A stretch of 47,796 nucleotides of DNA from an uncultured Chthonomonadaceae bacterium (lineage in GTDB: Bacteria > Armatimonadota > Chthonomonadetes > Chthonomonadales > Chthonomonadaceae). This document shows positions 1-10,151 of the stretch, one piece after another (within the stretch, counting starts at the first letter, position 1; every line of letters begins with the position of its first letter). The DNA is taken from assembly GCA_963835065.1 (NCBI GenBank), contig CAWIEK010000028.1:1-47796 (forward strand), given 5' to 3'. The position numbers and the translations under genes were made by a program. A model generated the notes under the pieces. That model was not told where the DNA came from. It was given only the letters and a program-made list of their open reading frames with translations, and did not search any database.

Positions 1-1118
1 GTGCGGTTCAGATGCCCGGTTCCCACCATGCCCGGATCAAGGGTCACAGCTGACGAGGTTAGCATCCGCATTGTAGCTGTAGGCGACGCTGTACTGCGGA
101 CTGTCCACCTGCACAATCCGGTAAATAGGCTGCGCTGTCGTTCCTAAGTTGTTCCACGTGAACCCCAACTGCCGCCCCACAGGATCAGTAACCGTGCTGA
201 GAAGGGTAGGAACGATGCTGCCGTTCACACTCGCTCCATAGACAAGGGTGGTGCGGCTGCCATACCGGTCCTGAATGTAGTCACACGCCCGCCAGTTGTC
301 GCTCACCTTCACGAAGTGCTTGACCGTGCCATCCATGCCCGTCTCGGTATCATCCAACGGCACAACCGGCCCAGAGACAAGGAACTGCTGGTAGCTGCTC
401 TGCGTCTCATCGAACAAGTAGGCAGGCGGGAGTACAAGCCATCCGCATCCCGGTGGTACTTGTGCTTGCCGCCGAAGAAGTCTGTCCTGTCCGCCACGTT
501 GAGGCTGTCGCTCGTCTCATTGGTGCTTGGGTTCTCTTCCTCCATGCGAATGTCATACGCATGTGTCCAGCCGGTTCCGAACGCGCCGGGTCGGTCATCC
601 TGAGAGTTGTACGTGCGCTGCAAGGCCAGTCCTGCCCCTCTGCCCGGCGACACCTGCACATCCGTGAAACTCTTGAACAGGTTGCCGTTGCACAGGTTCA
701 CGTCCCGCAGACTGCGATGCCAGGGCAGGGTTCCCGCGCAATATTTGTTGCGGTACGGCCCGCTTCCCTTCCACTGCGCCATCTCCGCAGCCGAGAGAAC
801 GCGCACATCGGGCTTCTTGGCCTGCTTTGCCGCCTGTGCCTTTGCTCGCTGCGCGTCCACCTGCGCCCACTGCTCCGGCGATAATTTGTCCGTTGTGCCA
901 GGCCGCAGTTCATTGACCACGCGCGGCTTGTTCGCTTCGGCAATCCGCCGCGCCTGCTCGCACCGCGCCGCGTTGAGGGCAAGCGGCAGCCCCCCCGATG
1001 TCAGCGCCACCACAAGCGCCGTACTCCGCATCTTCCAGCCGAAACGACCCACCTGCGCCGCGCCCTCGCCAAACACGCCCCGACCCTGCCCCAACCCAAA
1101 AATGATGTTCGTGTTCAT
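1..1118 (-). CDS. RHS/YD-repeat protein, N-terminal part (signal/propeptide, DUF6531-like domain, first YD repeats); runs off the window; split by 1-nt indels near 430 and 50
   Basis: VNLCNGNL...LALQRTYNSQD...AFGTGWTHAYD is the typical pre-RHS (DUF6531) motif. Adding one C near 430 joins GLYS to PPAYLFDETQSS of ORF 37..417, which has YD-type repeats (IQDRYG, VTDPVGRQLGFTW, YSYNADANLVS). Confidence 0.8.
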
Positions 1119-1243
1119 TGCGTCTCAGCTCCCGAAGTACAAACCCACATTCGCAAGAAGCCCCGCCAATACCTGTTCCTGCCAAACTTCACAGCAAAAA
1201 TTTGTGAGAAAAAAGAAAGTAGCCGCCGCCAACCTCTCCCACC

Positions 1244-1275
1244 CATTCGCGTTCATTCGCTTTCATTCGCGGCTA
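1244..1275 (-). repeat. Variant copy of the dispersed TAGCCGCGAATGAACGCGAAT repeat
   Basis: Minus strand reads tagccgcgaatgaaagcgaatgaacgcgaatg; related copies at 13673, 42001 and 43090. Confidence 0.8.
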
Positions 1276-1293
1276 CTCTCTCCCCCTCAACCC

Positions 1294-2400
1294 TCAACGC
1301 TCAACGCTTAACGCTATGCCGCTCCACACCCCCTGCCATTCCGCCAAAGTGTACGTCTTTGTTCCCGCTCGGCCCGTGCCCTCCGCGTCCGGGTTCCACA
1401 CCCTCACGCCCTGCCCACTCACCCGCTCAACCAGCACATAATGCCCCGGCTTGAGCAGCGCGATCAGGGCAATGCCTGCTTCGCCAACCCGGCCTGCGTC
1501 AGTTCCACGCCCACCGCCGCCAGGCCATGCGCTTCGCCACGCTGCCAACTGCCGCAAACTCGTGCCGTCCGCACCCGTCTGCATTTCCCTCGCCAGCGCG
1601 TGAACCTCCAGGCTTTTGCCCTGGCCGCTGCACTTCCGCAGACTCTCCGGCCCCACAACACCCCTTCGCGTTCGCCCGCGGCTGCTTGGCTTTCTGTTGC
1701 CCACGGCCTGCGTCCACAAGGCTTCGTCATCGGCGGGAATGTCGCCCACATGACCTTGTCACTCCCTTGATCGCCCATGAACCAAGATGCTCTGCGGGTA
1801 CTGCCGCATAAAGTCATCGTATTCCGCTTCCGCGCCCTGCCTCTCCCCTGCCGCGCCACCAGACGGCATGTTGGAACCCGACCTCTTCCTCCAATGTCGG
1901 CAGGGCATCTCGCCGACAAGCCCTCCGCGCTCCATCATCCGGCAGTTCCCCGCCAGACGCTGTACGAGCGGAACCCGCTTCTGCCGTCGCATAATCCTTG
2001 CGCCACGCGCTTGCGTATGCCGCCAGCCATCCGCCTGTCCCGCCTGCTGCCGCTTGCCCGCGTCCGCGCTGTCCTGCTGCCGCTGCCATCACGTCCGCCG
2101 CTTCCCGGTCCACGTCCGCCCACTTCCCCGCCCGATAGTCCGCCTGCAAGCCGATCAGGGGATCGTCTACGATTGGGCACGACCGGCGGCTTCCCCGTTT
2201 CCGGCGCAACCCAGCCGCCCAGCCCTGCGCTCGTGTACACGCGCGGGCATGCGCCTGCGATTGCCGCCACCGGTCAGCCCCAAACCGCCCACCGCCACGC
2301 CGCCTAAGAGCGCCGCCACCACCATCCCGCCCACGCGCCGCCGTCCCCCCATCCCCGCCGCGCCCGCTTTCTTCACGCCCTTCCCGCCATGTCTCTGTTC
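1294..2400 (-). CDS. Membrane-anchored C39-family peptidase domain protein with helical/TPR-like middle; several frameshifts; start approximate
   Basis: Fragments in alternating frames give GPESL...EMQTGADGTSLRQLAA...HGLAAVGVELTQAGLAKQALP/LIALLKPGHYVLVERVSGQGVRVWNP...EWQGVWSGIAL, which fits C39 motifs. N-terminal hydrophobic segment VGGMVVAALLGGVAVGGLGL. The catalytic Cys codon (about 1655) is obscured by an indel. Confidence 0.7.
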
Positions 2401-2516
2401 ATACGGTCTCTTCCTCACGCCCCCATCACTCCCCATACCACCAATCCATCATCATTCATTATTATCCACCCACCCACTCCATACGCGCACCGCTTCACTC
2501 AAATATTTCTTCCCTT

Positions 2517-4149
2517 CTATCCGCCCGGTGACAACCCGCCGCCGCCTACCGGCGGGCCAAGATTGCCGCCACTGCCGGAGCAGTCTACGGGCGTCGAATA
2601 TGTTGGTCTATCGTACTCGTGGCCGACACGCCGTTGCACGTAGCCGTCACTCGTAATCGTCCAGCCCGCCTGCCGTATACCGCTTACATAGCGCTCTGGC
2701 AATTGGAACCGGTGCTGCAAGCCCGTCACCGTCACCTGCTGCAGGTCTGCGTGGCATTGCAGGTCGGCCGCATGAACGTCACGGAACGCTGTCGCCCACG
2801 CCCAGCCCGTGCATGTTCAGCGTCATTAAAGGCCGCCAAAGGCGCGGAGGCTGGCCGGCTTCCGTTGGCGCCTTACCGTCCGCCCACTGGATCAATGCAC
2901 ACCGAAATGGGGTAGGGACTGTCCATGCCCACATAGCGCGCGGTCCCAAACTCGCGTTGTACTCCGTTTTGGCAAAGTACGCCCACCCCGCGCTCGTCTC
3001 ATCTACTGCCGCCCACACGACGGAAAACGGTAGACTGCCGATCACGGCGCTGTGCAGGGCGCTGCTCAAGTCCCACGTCTGCCAGCCCACAACCGGGTTG
3101 GCCGGGTCATAGCTGATGGCAACCCCATTCGTGGCCGCGCCCGGCGTGAAACTTGGCGCTGAAGGCGTGATCGTCGGGTCGGTCAGGCTCCAGACCAGCT
3201 TGCTGTAATCCCAGCCCGCGTCCGCAATCGCCTGACAGCCCACATTCACGCTGCCTGCCGATTGCCCCGCCATGCCCGTAAAGTACGCGCTGATGTTGCC
3301 TTCGCGCCAGCAGGAGTTCGTCGGCTGTCCACCCGTAAACGGGCCGAAGCGGGCGAAACTGCGTCCTACTTTCGACGGGATCGCTGCTGTAGCCCACGAA
3401 CAAGCCGCCCCGGTACGTGGTCGCGCCGAACACATGATCCAGCAGATGGTTGTCGCTGTAGCGCAGGTCCAGCCGGCTGTCCACCGCCTGGTTGCTTCCC
3501 GCCGTTGTCACGCTGCCCGGAATGACCATCTCCATGTCTATCTGCGCATAACTGCCGTTGCTCTGGCCCAACAGCGTGTACACATACGTGTGATTGGGAG
3601 CGAAGCCGCCCGCAATGGCGTCGTCATAGGTCAAGGTACTGCCCGGAAGCGTGGCAAGCAGGCTGCCGTCGCGCAGGAGTTGGAAGAAACTGTAGTTGGT
3701 TTGATCCCATTGCAGGCGCAGCGTGGAAGCAGGCAGCACTTTCGTCACCCGCAAGTGCGCCGGCAGCAGCGTGAGCGTGGTCGTTTGCGACTGTGTTCCC
3801 AATGTGGCCGTAATCGTAATCGGCGTCGGCGCATTGGCCGTGCTGGTCAGCGCCGCGTAGCTGCAACCGCTTTGCCCGGCGGGAACCGTAACGGTTGTGG
3901 GAAAGGGCGTATTCGCGTCCAGTCCCACCGCGCCCGCCGGATTGCAGCCCAGCGAAACGCTCAGGCCACCAGGGGGAGCCGGGGCGTGAGGGTAACGCTG
4001 AGATTGGTCTGCAAGCCGCCAATGACGCTCGACGGCGACACGCTCACGCCCGTCAGCGTCTGCGCGCCCACGTGGGAACTGAGGACGCACACGCCCCACA
4101 GCCACAGCAGCCCAGGCAACGCCCGCCTCCACTGCGAACACGCGCTCAT
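2517..4149 (-). CDS. Secreted beta-rich protein (signal peptide, Ig/FN3-like modules); frameshifted
   Basis: Segments of ORFs 3961..4218, 3107..4516, 2779..3435 and 2517..2735 join into one protein: MSACSQWRRALPGLLWLWGVCVLSSHVGA-QTLTGVSVSPSSVIGG...PAPPGGLSVSL...TVTVPAGQS...ITITATLG...LLRDGSLLATLPGSTLTYDD. Confidence 0.6.
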
Positions 4150-4275
4150 AAATGGCAATGATAGCGAACATACGGTTACAGCGCGCCTGCCTGAACCTAC
4201 CCTTCCAGCAGCCAGCATCCTGAGAACTCCTTATAAAGAGGGTATTCGGTGTTGAATATTGGGTAAGAAGATCTA

Positions 4276-4367
4276 AGAGCCTATCCCGATAGACGCGAAT
4301 TCGCGTCTGAAAGACGCTTGCACTTTCCGCCGGGTTTGGCAATACCCGGCCTATTGGGAGAGGCTCT
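4276..4367. mobile_element. MITE-like element with 17-bp imperfect terminal inverted repeats
   Basis: agagcctatcccgatag ... ctattgggagaggctct (15/17 complementary), internal palindrome agacgcgaattcgcgtct; a similar end (tagagcctatctcaatagg) at about 5164. Confidence 0.45.
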
Positions 4368-5184
4368 AAGCCCAATACCTGACACCTGAAACCTGAATGG
4401 GAAAGCGCTGCGGAGGAGGAACAACACGCCGCATCAGCTTCCAGCAACCACGCACACGCGCAAGCAAGGCAAAAAGGAACGCACACTCCGGGGGCATGAG
4501 GAACGCCCCGGCGCAAACCTTATCCGCACAAGAACGGCTACACGACGCAAGGCAAGGCAAACCGGAAGACCGATGCCGCCAACAAGCGGGCACAAGTCGA
4601 AAGGGAAAAGGGAAAGAACAAACCAGAGGATAAATCAGGCTGCAAACTTAAAAGCAGCCTGTAGCTTCGAGGCTGATTAAAGTATAAAACAATACCGCAT
4701 CGTCGTCAATAGGCCAATGTAGATATTTCACAACTATTTTCAAACGACTTCGCTTAAAGCCTCAACACCACAAAAAGCAACAGGGAACCACCGTATCATG
4801 TCACGATAGGTTCCCTTGCACAACGCCAACAACAGCCATCCCGCAAACAAAAACCAGCGGAAAAGAAAAAGACAGCAAAAAAGCCAAACAACGCGAAAAA
4901 AGGTGAACCTTTTGCCCCACACAATCTGTCTAAGTAGTACAAGTATCTACTATAAAGGCACAAAGGCTGAACGTTGGCAGTTCCTATCAACTATCAACTC
5001 AGGAAGGGAGGCGCAAGAAGATGCCTGTCCACTCCCGTCCGCCCTGACGCTGCTGAGGTCACGACGCCTCTCTTCGACAACCTGACACAACGAGACATCG
5101 GGCTGGAAGCGCTGCATTGCCAAGATTTCGACGATGACTCTACATATTTCTATCTTTTTCGTTTAGAGCCTATCTCAATAGGTT

Positions 5185-5255
5185 CCCCTTCTCCTCAAAA
5201 CGCATTTCCGCTTCGCTTTTGAAATGCGTTTTGAGGAGAAGGGGTTAGGGATTGA
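5185..5255. repeat. Palindromic REP-like element with a perfect 24-bp stem
   Basis: ccccttctcctcaaaacgcatttc (5185-5208) pairs with gaaatgcgttttgaggagaagggg (5221-5244), followed by ttagggattgagg; same style as 13759-13806. Confidence 0.75.
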
Positions 5256-5390
5256 GGGCTTCTAAGCATCCGCACAGAGTAAGTTCGTAGAATTTCCGGT
5301 CGCAGACCGGTTGGCCGCAGACCACATAGACAGGTCGTTCACGGCCTAGCACGGGTTGCAAAAAACTACGAAGTTACTCCGCATGGCCGC

Positions 5391-6455
5391 TTAGTTGCAC
5401 TTGGGATGCGCGCCTTCGGCGTCCGTTGTCCACAGGCACACGTCACCGATGACACGATTGTACGGAATCGCTTTGGTGTGGCCGTCCACGAACTGAACGT
5501 CCACCTGATCGTTGTGACGCGCTTTGCCCAGATTTATCGCCGCCTGCGGCATCCCGGACGCGCCCGCCGCCAGCGGGCCACTGTCGCCCTGACTGTAGCT
5601 CCAGTTGGCGTTGCCGATGTTTTTCCAGTAGCTCTTGTACTGCGCGCCCTGATTGTTGATGTACGCCAGTTCGACGGCGCAGTTGTTGCCGTTGACGCAG
5701 TTGGCGACCTGCAGCTGGCCGCTCTCGTTGTTAAGGTCAGGCACGACGCCGTAGTAGGAAGCATCCGTGACGAGAATAGTACCCGACGGGCGCGGAATCG
5801 CGGCAAGGCTGACAACCGCGACATTGGTGCTGCCGTTGAACGCCTGCGCGGGAGCCATCCAGGCGTCGTTGTGGCCGTAGCTGTTCTGCCCGCCGTAGTT
5901 GGTTCCCACACACCCGGCAGCCGCGCAGGTCAGCGTCGGGCCGGAATTGGCGTAAAAGGCCATGGGGTTGCTGGTGTCGCCAAACACCTGATAGTTCTTT
6001 ACGTAAGGCTGCAGCAGGAACATCCAGTACAAGCGCTGCTCGGAGCCGCCGCTGAACTTGGACGCGGCGGGATTGCCGACATATTCCGGGCAGATACCCC
6101 CTGCCGCGCCCGAAGCCGTTGGCTGGCAGTTCCAGCGGTGCGGGTAGAAAGTTTCATCGTAGTCCTGCACGTACATGATGGTCGCTTTGCCCATCTGGTT
6201 CAGGTTGGAAAGGCACGTAGTCTGGCGGGCTTTGGCCCGCGCCTGCGCGAAAACCGGGAACAGAATCGCCGCGAGAATCGCGATAATGGCGATCACGACG
6301 AGCAGTTCGATCAGGGTGAAAGCGTTGAGCGTTGAGCGTTGAGCGTTGAGTAACAGGTTCCTGTTCCCTGTTCCCTGTTCCCTGTTCCCTGTGCTTGGTG
6401 TTGGGTATTGGGTGTTGGATGTTCGGCGTCGGGTATTCGAGATTGGATGCTTCAA
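5391..6455 (-). CDS. Prepilin-type N-terminal cleavage/methylation domain protein (DUF1559-like, H-X9-DG C-terminal motif)
   Basis: [40 protein letters not shown] and [14 protein letters not shown]; likely TTG start at 6455 after the RBS AAAGGAG. Confidence 0.9.
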   Translation of the reverse strand: MKHPISNTRRRTSNTQYPTPSTGNREQGTGNRNLLLNAQRSTLNAFTLIELLVVIAIIAILAAILFPVFAQARAKARQTTCLSNLNQMGKATIMYVQDYDETFYPHRWNCQPTASGAAGGICPEYVGNPAASKFSGGSEQRLYWMFLLQPYVKNYQVFGDTSNPMAFYANSGPTLTCAAAGCVGTNYGGQNSYGHNDAWMAPAQAFNGSTNVAVVSLAAIPRPSGTILVTDASYYGVVPDLNNESGQLQVANCVNGNNCAVELAYINNQGAQYKSYWKNIGNANWSYSQGDSGPLAAGASGMPQAAINLGKARHNDQVDVQFVDGHTKAIPYNRVIGDVCLWTTDAEGAHPKCN

Positions 6456-6579
6456 GACAGTTCTCCTTTGAAATTCGCGTGAAAGCAAAAGGCCGGCACG
6501 GCGCGCAATAGGCGTAAGATTGCAAGTTTTCTCGCTGCGGACAGGGCTTCGGAAAACGATTGAAGTGTATCACCGCTGC

Positions 6580-6619
6580 TTTAAGGGAACATTAAGCGCG
6601 TGTTAAATCTTCATTAAGG
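6580..6619 (-). promoter_or_regulatory. Four TTAA cores at exact 11-bp spacing (Pho-box/OmpR-type array)
   Basis: TTAA at 6581, 6592, 6603 and 6614; minus strand reads CTTAATGA-TTTAACAC-CTTAATGT-CTTAAAGC. Confidence 0.55.
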
Positions 6620-6655
6620 CGAACGCGCAGGAAACGTATCATAAAACTTGACGGC

Positions 6656-6685
6656 TTGACGGGAAGCGCGGCAAACGCCTATAAT
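6656..6685 (+). promoter_or_regulatory. Sigma70-type promoter, probably giving a leaderless mRNA
   Basis: TTGACG-N18-TATAAT, ending 8 nt before the ATG at 6694; no Shine-Dalgarno sequence. Confidence 0.65.
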
Positions 6686-6693
6686 GATGCGTA

Positions 6694-8325
6694 ATGAACA
6701 CGTCACCATCTAATTTCGATAAGTTTGACCTTCTGGTACGCGGCGGAACCGTGCTGGATGGAACCGGAACGCCCCTACAACTCGCCGATGTCGGCATTGT
6801 AGGGGAGCGTATCGTTGCCGTCGGCGATTTAAGCGGGCACACGGCGGGAAAAATCATTGACGCGCAGGGACAGCGGGTTGCGCCCGGCTTTATTGACATT
6901 CACACCCATTCCGACATATCGGCAACGTATGATCCCGGACAGGCGAGCGCAATCGGCATGGGCGTAACCACCCAGGTTGTCGGCAACTGCGGCCTGTCGT
7001 TGGGAATGGCGACGAACGCCGATGTGTTCGCGTTTGAAAAGCGCTGGCTGGCTCCGTATCGTGCTCGCATCACGTGGAACGATTTTGCCGAACACCTGCG
7101 CATTGTGGAAGACACGGGCTTTGCCACCAACTATGTGCCTCTGGCCGGGCATGGAACCCTGCGCAAGCGCGTGGTAGGGCTGGACGAGCGCGCGCCGACG
7201 GGTGACGAACAAGCCCTTATGCGGCGCGAATTGGAAGCCGCCATGAAAGCCGGAGCTTGGGGGTTTACGTCCGGGCTGGAATATCCCCCCTCCGCCTATG
7301 CCGGGGAAGACGAGCTTGCCGACCTGTGCCGGGTCGTGGCCGATTGGGGCGGCTTTTACGCCACGCACCTGCGCAATGAGGGCGACACGCTGGTCGAGGC
7401 CGTGCAGGAAGCCTTGAACGTAACGGAAAAAGCGAACCTGCCCCTGCAATTGTCGCACCACAAAGCCGAAGGCCGCGCTAATTGGGGCAAGACGCAAACC
7501 ACGCTGCAAATGGTGCGCGAAGCGCGAGAACGCGGGCTTGACGTGCAGATGGATCAATACCCCTACCCCGCGTTTATGACCGCCCTGAGCATCCAGACCC
7601 TGCCCCGCTACGCCCTCAACGGTTCGGGGGAAGACCTGACCGCCCGACTATCCGACCCCGCGCAGCGTCAGGCGATTGCAACGGATATGCGAACCGCCCA
7701 CCCGGATTGGGACGATCTCGGTCCCGACTCCCCCTGGCGCAATCTGCAAATCGGCGTGTGCCGCGCGCAGCCCAACGCGCAGGGACGGCGCATTGCCGAC
7801 CTCGCCCGCGAAGCCCGCCAAAACCCGATTGACTACGTTCTCGACCTGCTTGCGGAAACCGGTGGCAACGTCAGCGCGGTCAACTTTGCCATTGGCGAAG
7901 CCGACATCGCCGACGTGCTGCGCTTCCCCCTCACGATGATCGGCTCTGACGGTAGCGGAACCCATCCCGATGGCGAAGCCAACGCCACCAACATTCATCC
8001 GCGCACGTATGGCACGTTCCCCCGCGTCCTCGCCCGCTACGTCCGCGAATTGGGCCTGCTGACGGAAGCCGAAGCCATCTACAAAATGACCCTGCTCCCT
8101 GCCCGCCGCCTGGGTTTCGACCACGAACGGGGGCGCATCGCGCCCGGCTGCTATGCCGACCTTGTGATTTACAACCCCGATACCATTGCCGACTGCGCCA
8201 CCTTTGAACACCCGCACCAGTTCGCAACCGGCATCCAAACCGTCCTCGTCAACGGTCACTTCGCCTTCGACAACGGACAGCACACGGACGCGCGCGCAGG
8301 CCGCGTCCTGCGCAAAAACCAATGA
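6694..8325 (+). CDS. N-acyl-D-amino-acid deacylase (amidohydrolase family)
   Basis: APGFIDIHTHSD, GVTTQVVGNCG, QLSHHK, HPRTYGTFPR, ADLVIY. Confidence 0.92.
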   Translation: MNTSPSNFDKFDLLVRGGTVLDGTGTPLQLADVGIVGERIVAVGDLSGHTAGKIIDAQGQRVAPGFIDIHTHSDISATYDPGQASAIGMGVTTQVVGNCGLSLGMATNADVFAFEKRWLAPYRARITWNDFAEHLRIVEDTGFATNYVPLAGHGTLRKRVVGLDERAPTGDEQALMRRELEAAMKAGAWGFTSGLEYPPSAYAGEDELADLCRVVADWGGFYATHLRNEGDTLVEAVQEALNVTEKANLPLQLSHHKAEGRANWGKTQTTLQMVREARERGLDVQMDQYPYPAFMTALSIQTLPRYALNGSGEDLTARLSDPAQRQAIATDMRTAHPDWDDLGPDSPWRNLQIGVCRAQPNAQGRRIADLAREARQNPIDYVLDLLAETGGNVSAVNFAIGEADIADVLRFPLTMIGSDGSGTHPDGEANATNIHPRTYGTFPRVLARYVRELGLLTEAEAIYKMTLLPARRLGFDHERGRIAPGCYADLVIYNPDTIADCATFEHPHQFATGIQTVLVNGHFAFDNGQHTDARAGRVLRKNQ

Positions 8326-8328
8326 TGA

Positions 8329-8452
8329 ACCACCCGCTTCGCTAGAGACACAGAGGCACAGAGGAAAAACCAATACGAGAAATAACAAAACCTTTCCCTT
8401 TTCTTACTCTGTGAACCCTCTGTGCCTCTGTGTCTCTAGCGAAGCGGGTGGT
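8329..8452. repeat. Perfect 36-bp inverted repeat with a 52-nt spacer (MITE/terminator-like)
   Basis: accacccgcttcgctagagacacagaggcacagagg (8329-8364) is the exact reverse complement of 8417-8452. Confidence 0.9.
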
Positions 8453-8475
8453 GAATTAACTTATGGAGTATAGCT

Positions 8476-9765
8476 ATGATAGATCGGTATACGACGGTGG
8501 AGATGCGCGATTTGTGGAGCGCGCAGCATAAGACGCAGCGCTGGCTGGACGTGGAGATTGCCGTTTGTGACGGGCTGGAGCAGTTCGGGCAGATTCCAAC
8601 CGGCACGACAGCCAAAATCCGAGCCGGAGCCACCTTCGACCTGGCGCGCATGGCGGAACTGGAAAAGGAAACCCGGCACGATGTCATGGCGTTCGTGAAG
8701 AACGTGGCGGAAAATCTGGGCGAGGAAGGCCGCTACGTGCATTACGGCGTCACGTCCTATGACATTGTGGATACCGCGCTTGCCCTGCTGTTGCGAGACG
8801 CGACGGACCAGATTATCGTTCGCGCCGAGCAGTTAAATGAGGTAATTCGCCAAAAGGCGCGGGAACATAAGAATACCGTGATGATCGGGCGGACGCACGG
8901 TATTCATGCCGAACCCATTACGTTCGCGTTTAAGTTAGCAACATGGCTGGACGAGATGAACCACAACATCGAACGGCTGAAACAGGCGCGCGCAGCCGTG
9001 AGCGTGGGCAAAATATCGGGCGCGGTCGGCACACACGCCAACATCGGGCATGACGTGGAGCGGTACGTGTGCGGCAAATTGGGCTTGGGCGTGGCGACGG
9101 TTTCTACGCAGATCATCGCCCGTGACCGTCACGCGCAACTAATGGCGACCCTTGCCATTCTCGCCGCGAGTCTGGAGCGTTTTTCAACCGAAATCCGCAA
9201 CATGGCGCGAACCGAAATCCGGGAAGTGCAGGAGTATTTCGCGCAGGGACAAAAAGGCTCGTCCGCCATGCCGCACAAGCGCAACCCGTGGAACTCGGAA
9301 ACCATTACGGGACTGGCGCGGGTGGTACGCGGCAACCTCATCCCGATGCTGGAAAGCATGGCGACGTGGCACGAGCGCGACCTGACTAACAGCAGCGTGG
9401 AGCGCATTGTCCTGCCGGACACGACAACGCTGGCAGATTGGATGCTGTGGAAATTCGCGGATATTTTGAACGGCCTGATCGTGTACCCCGAAAACATGCG
9501 GCGCAATCTCAATATGATGGGCGGGCTGGTGTTTTCCGAGCAGATCATGCTGGCGCTGATACAAACGGGTTTGTCGCGGGAAGAAGCCTATGACGTCGCG
9601 CAGCGCAACGCGGCCAAAGCGTGGTCTGGGGAAGATTTTCGCAGTGCGATAGAATCCGACCCGATTGTAAAAGAGCGCCTGACCACGCAGGATGTCGCCC
9701 ACGCCTTCGACATGGAATACCATCTCAAAAATTTGCAGCATACGTATGAGGCGCTGGGCATTTAG
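8476..9765 (+). CDS. purB: Adenylosuccinate lyase
   Basis: MIDRY, HDVMAF, HYGVTSYD, GRTHGIHAEP and the signature GSSAMPHKRNP. Confidence 0.97.
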   Translation: MIDRYTTVEMRDLWSAQHKTQRWLDVEIAVCDGLEQFGQIPTGTTAKIRAGATFDLARMAELEKETRHDVMAFVKNVAENLGEEGRYVHYGVTSYDIVDTALALLLRDATDQIIVRAEQLNEVIRQKAREHKNTVMIGRTHGIHAEPITFAFKLATWLDEMNHNIERLKQARAAVSVGKISGAVGTHANIGHDVERYVCGKLGLGVATVSTQIIARDRHAQLMATLAILAASLERFSTEIRNMARTEIREVQEYFAQGQKGSSAMPHKRNPWNSETITGLARVVRGNLIPMLESMATWHERDLTNSSVERIVLPDTTTLADWMLWKFADILNGLIVYPENMRRNLNMMGGLVFSEQIMLALIQTGLSREEAYDVAQRNAAKAWSGEDFRSAIESDPIVKERLTTQDVAHAFDMEYHLKNLQHTYEALGI

Positions 9766-9773
9766 CAGCGAAT

Positions 9774-10133
9774 ATGCAACCAACACAGGAGACGGAGATG
9801 AACCGATTTGGCCTGTTTAGCGAGGAATGTGCCTGGTGCGGACGGTGGGTTAACCGCAAATTCCATCACGATTGTCCCGATTGTGGGAAGAATGTGCATA
9901 CGCAGCCCTGCCCCTCCTGTGGCAGTTCCATAAGTTTGACGGGAACCTACTGTCCGATATGCAACTGGTCCGCGTTCAGTCAGCCTGGTTTCAAAATACA
10001 ATACATAGCGATGGTCGTATTCTTAATCGTGCTGACGATTTTTGGATTTTTGGTGGCAATGGGCTACTCGGCACCCCACTCGCGCTCGCTTTATCCTCCC
10101 GAAGAGATGTCAGCATTGCGCAAAGCCCGGTGA
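9774..10133 (+). CDS. Small double zinc-ribbon membrane protein
   Basis: Four CxxC pairs (CAWC, CPDC, CPSC, CPIC) followed by one transmembrane helix; the start may be 9798. Confidence 0.65.
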   Translation: MQPTQETEMNRFGLFSEECAWCGRWVNRKFHHDCPDCGKNVHTQPCPSCGSSISLTGTYCPICNWSAFSQPGFKIQYIAMVVFLIVLTIFGFLVAMGYSAPHSRSLYPPEEMSALRKAR

Positions 10134-10151
10134 AATAGGACAAAAGACAGT

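Noticed and set aside
1..4200. Dense frameshifts read as programmed recoding or true pseudogenisation of the RHS locus
   Set aside because: Several are 1-nt indels at short homopolymers and the protein motifs are otherwise intact; sequencing or consensus error is more parsimonious, though unconfirmed without reads.
4505..4620. GGCAAACC as a possible c-di-GMP-I riboswitch
   Set aside because: No GAAA tetraloop stem and no downstream GACGCAAA element.
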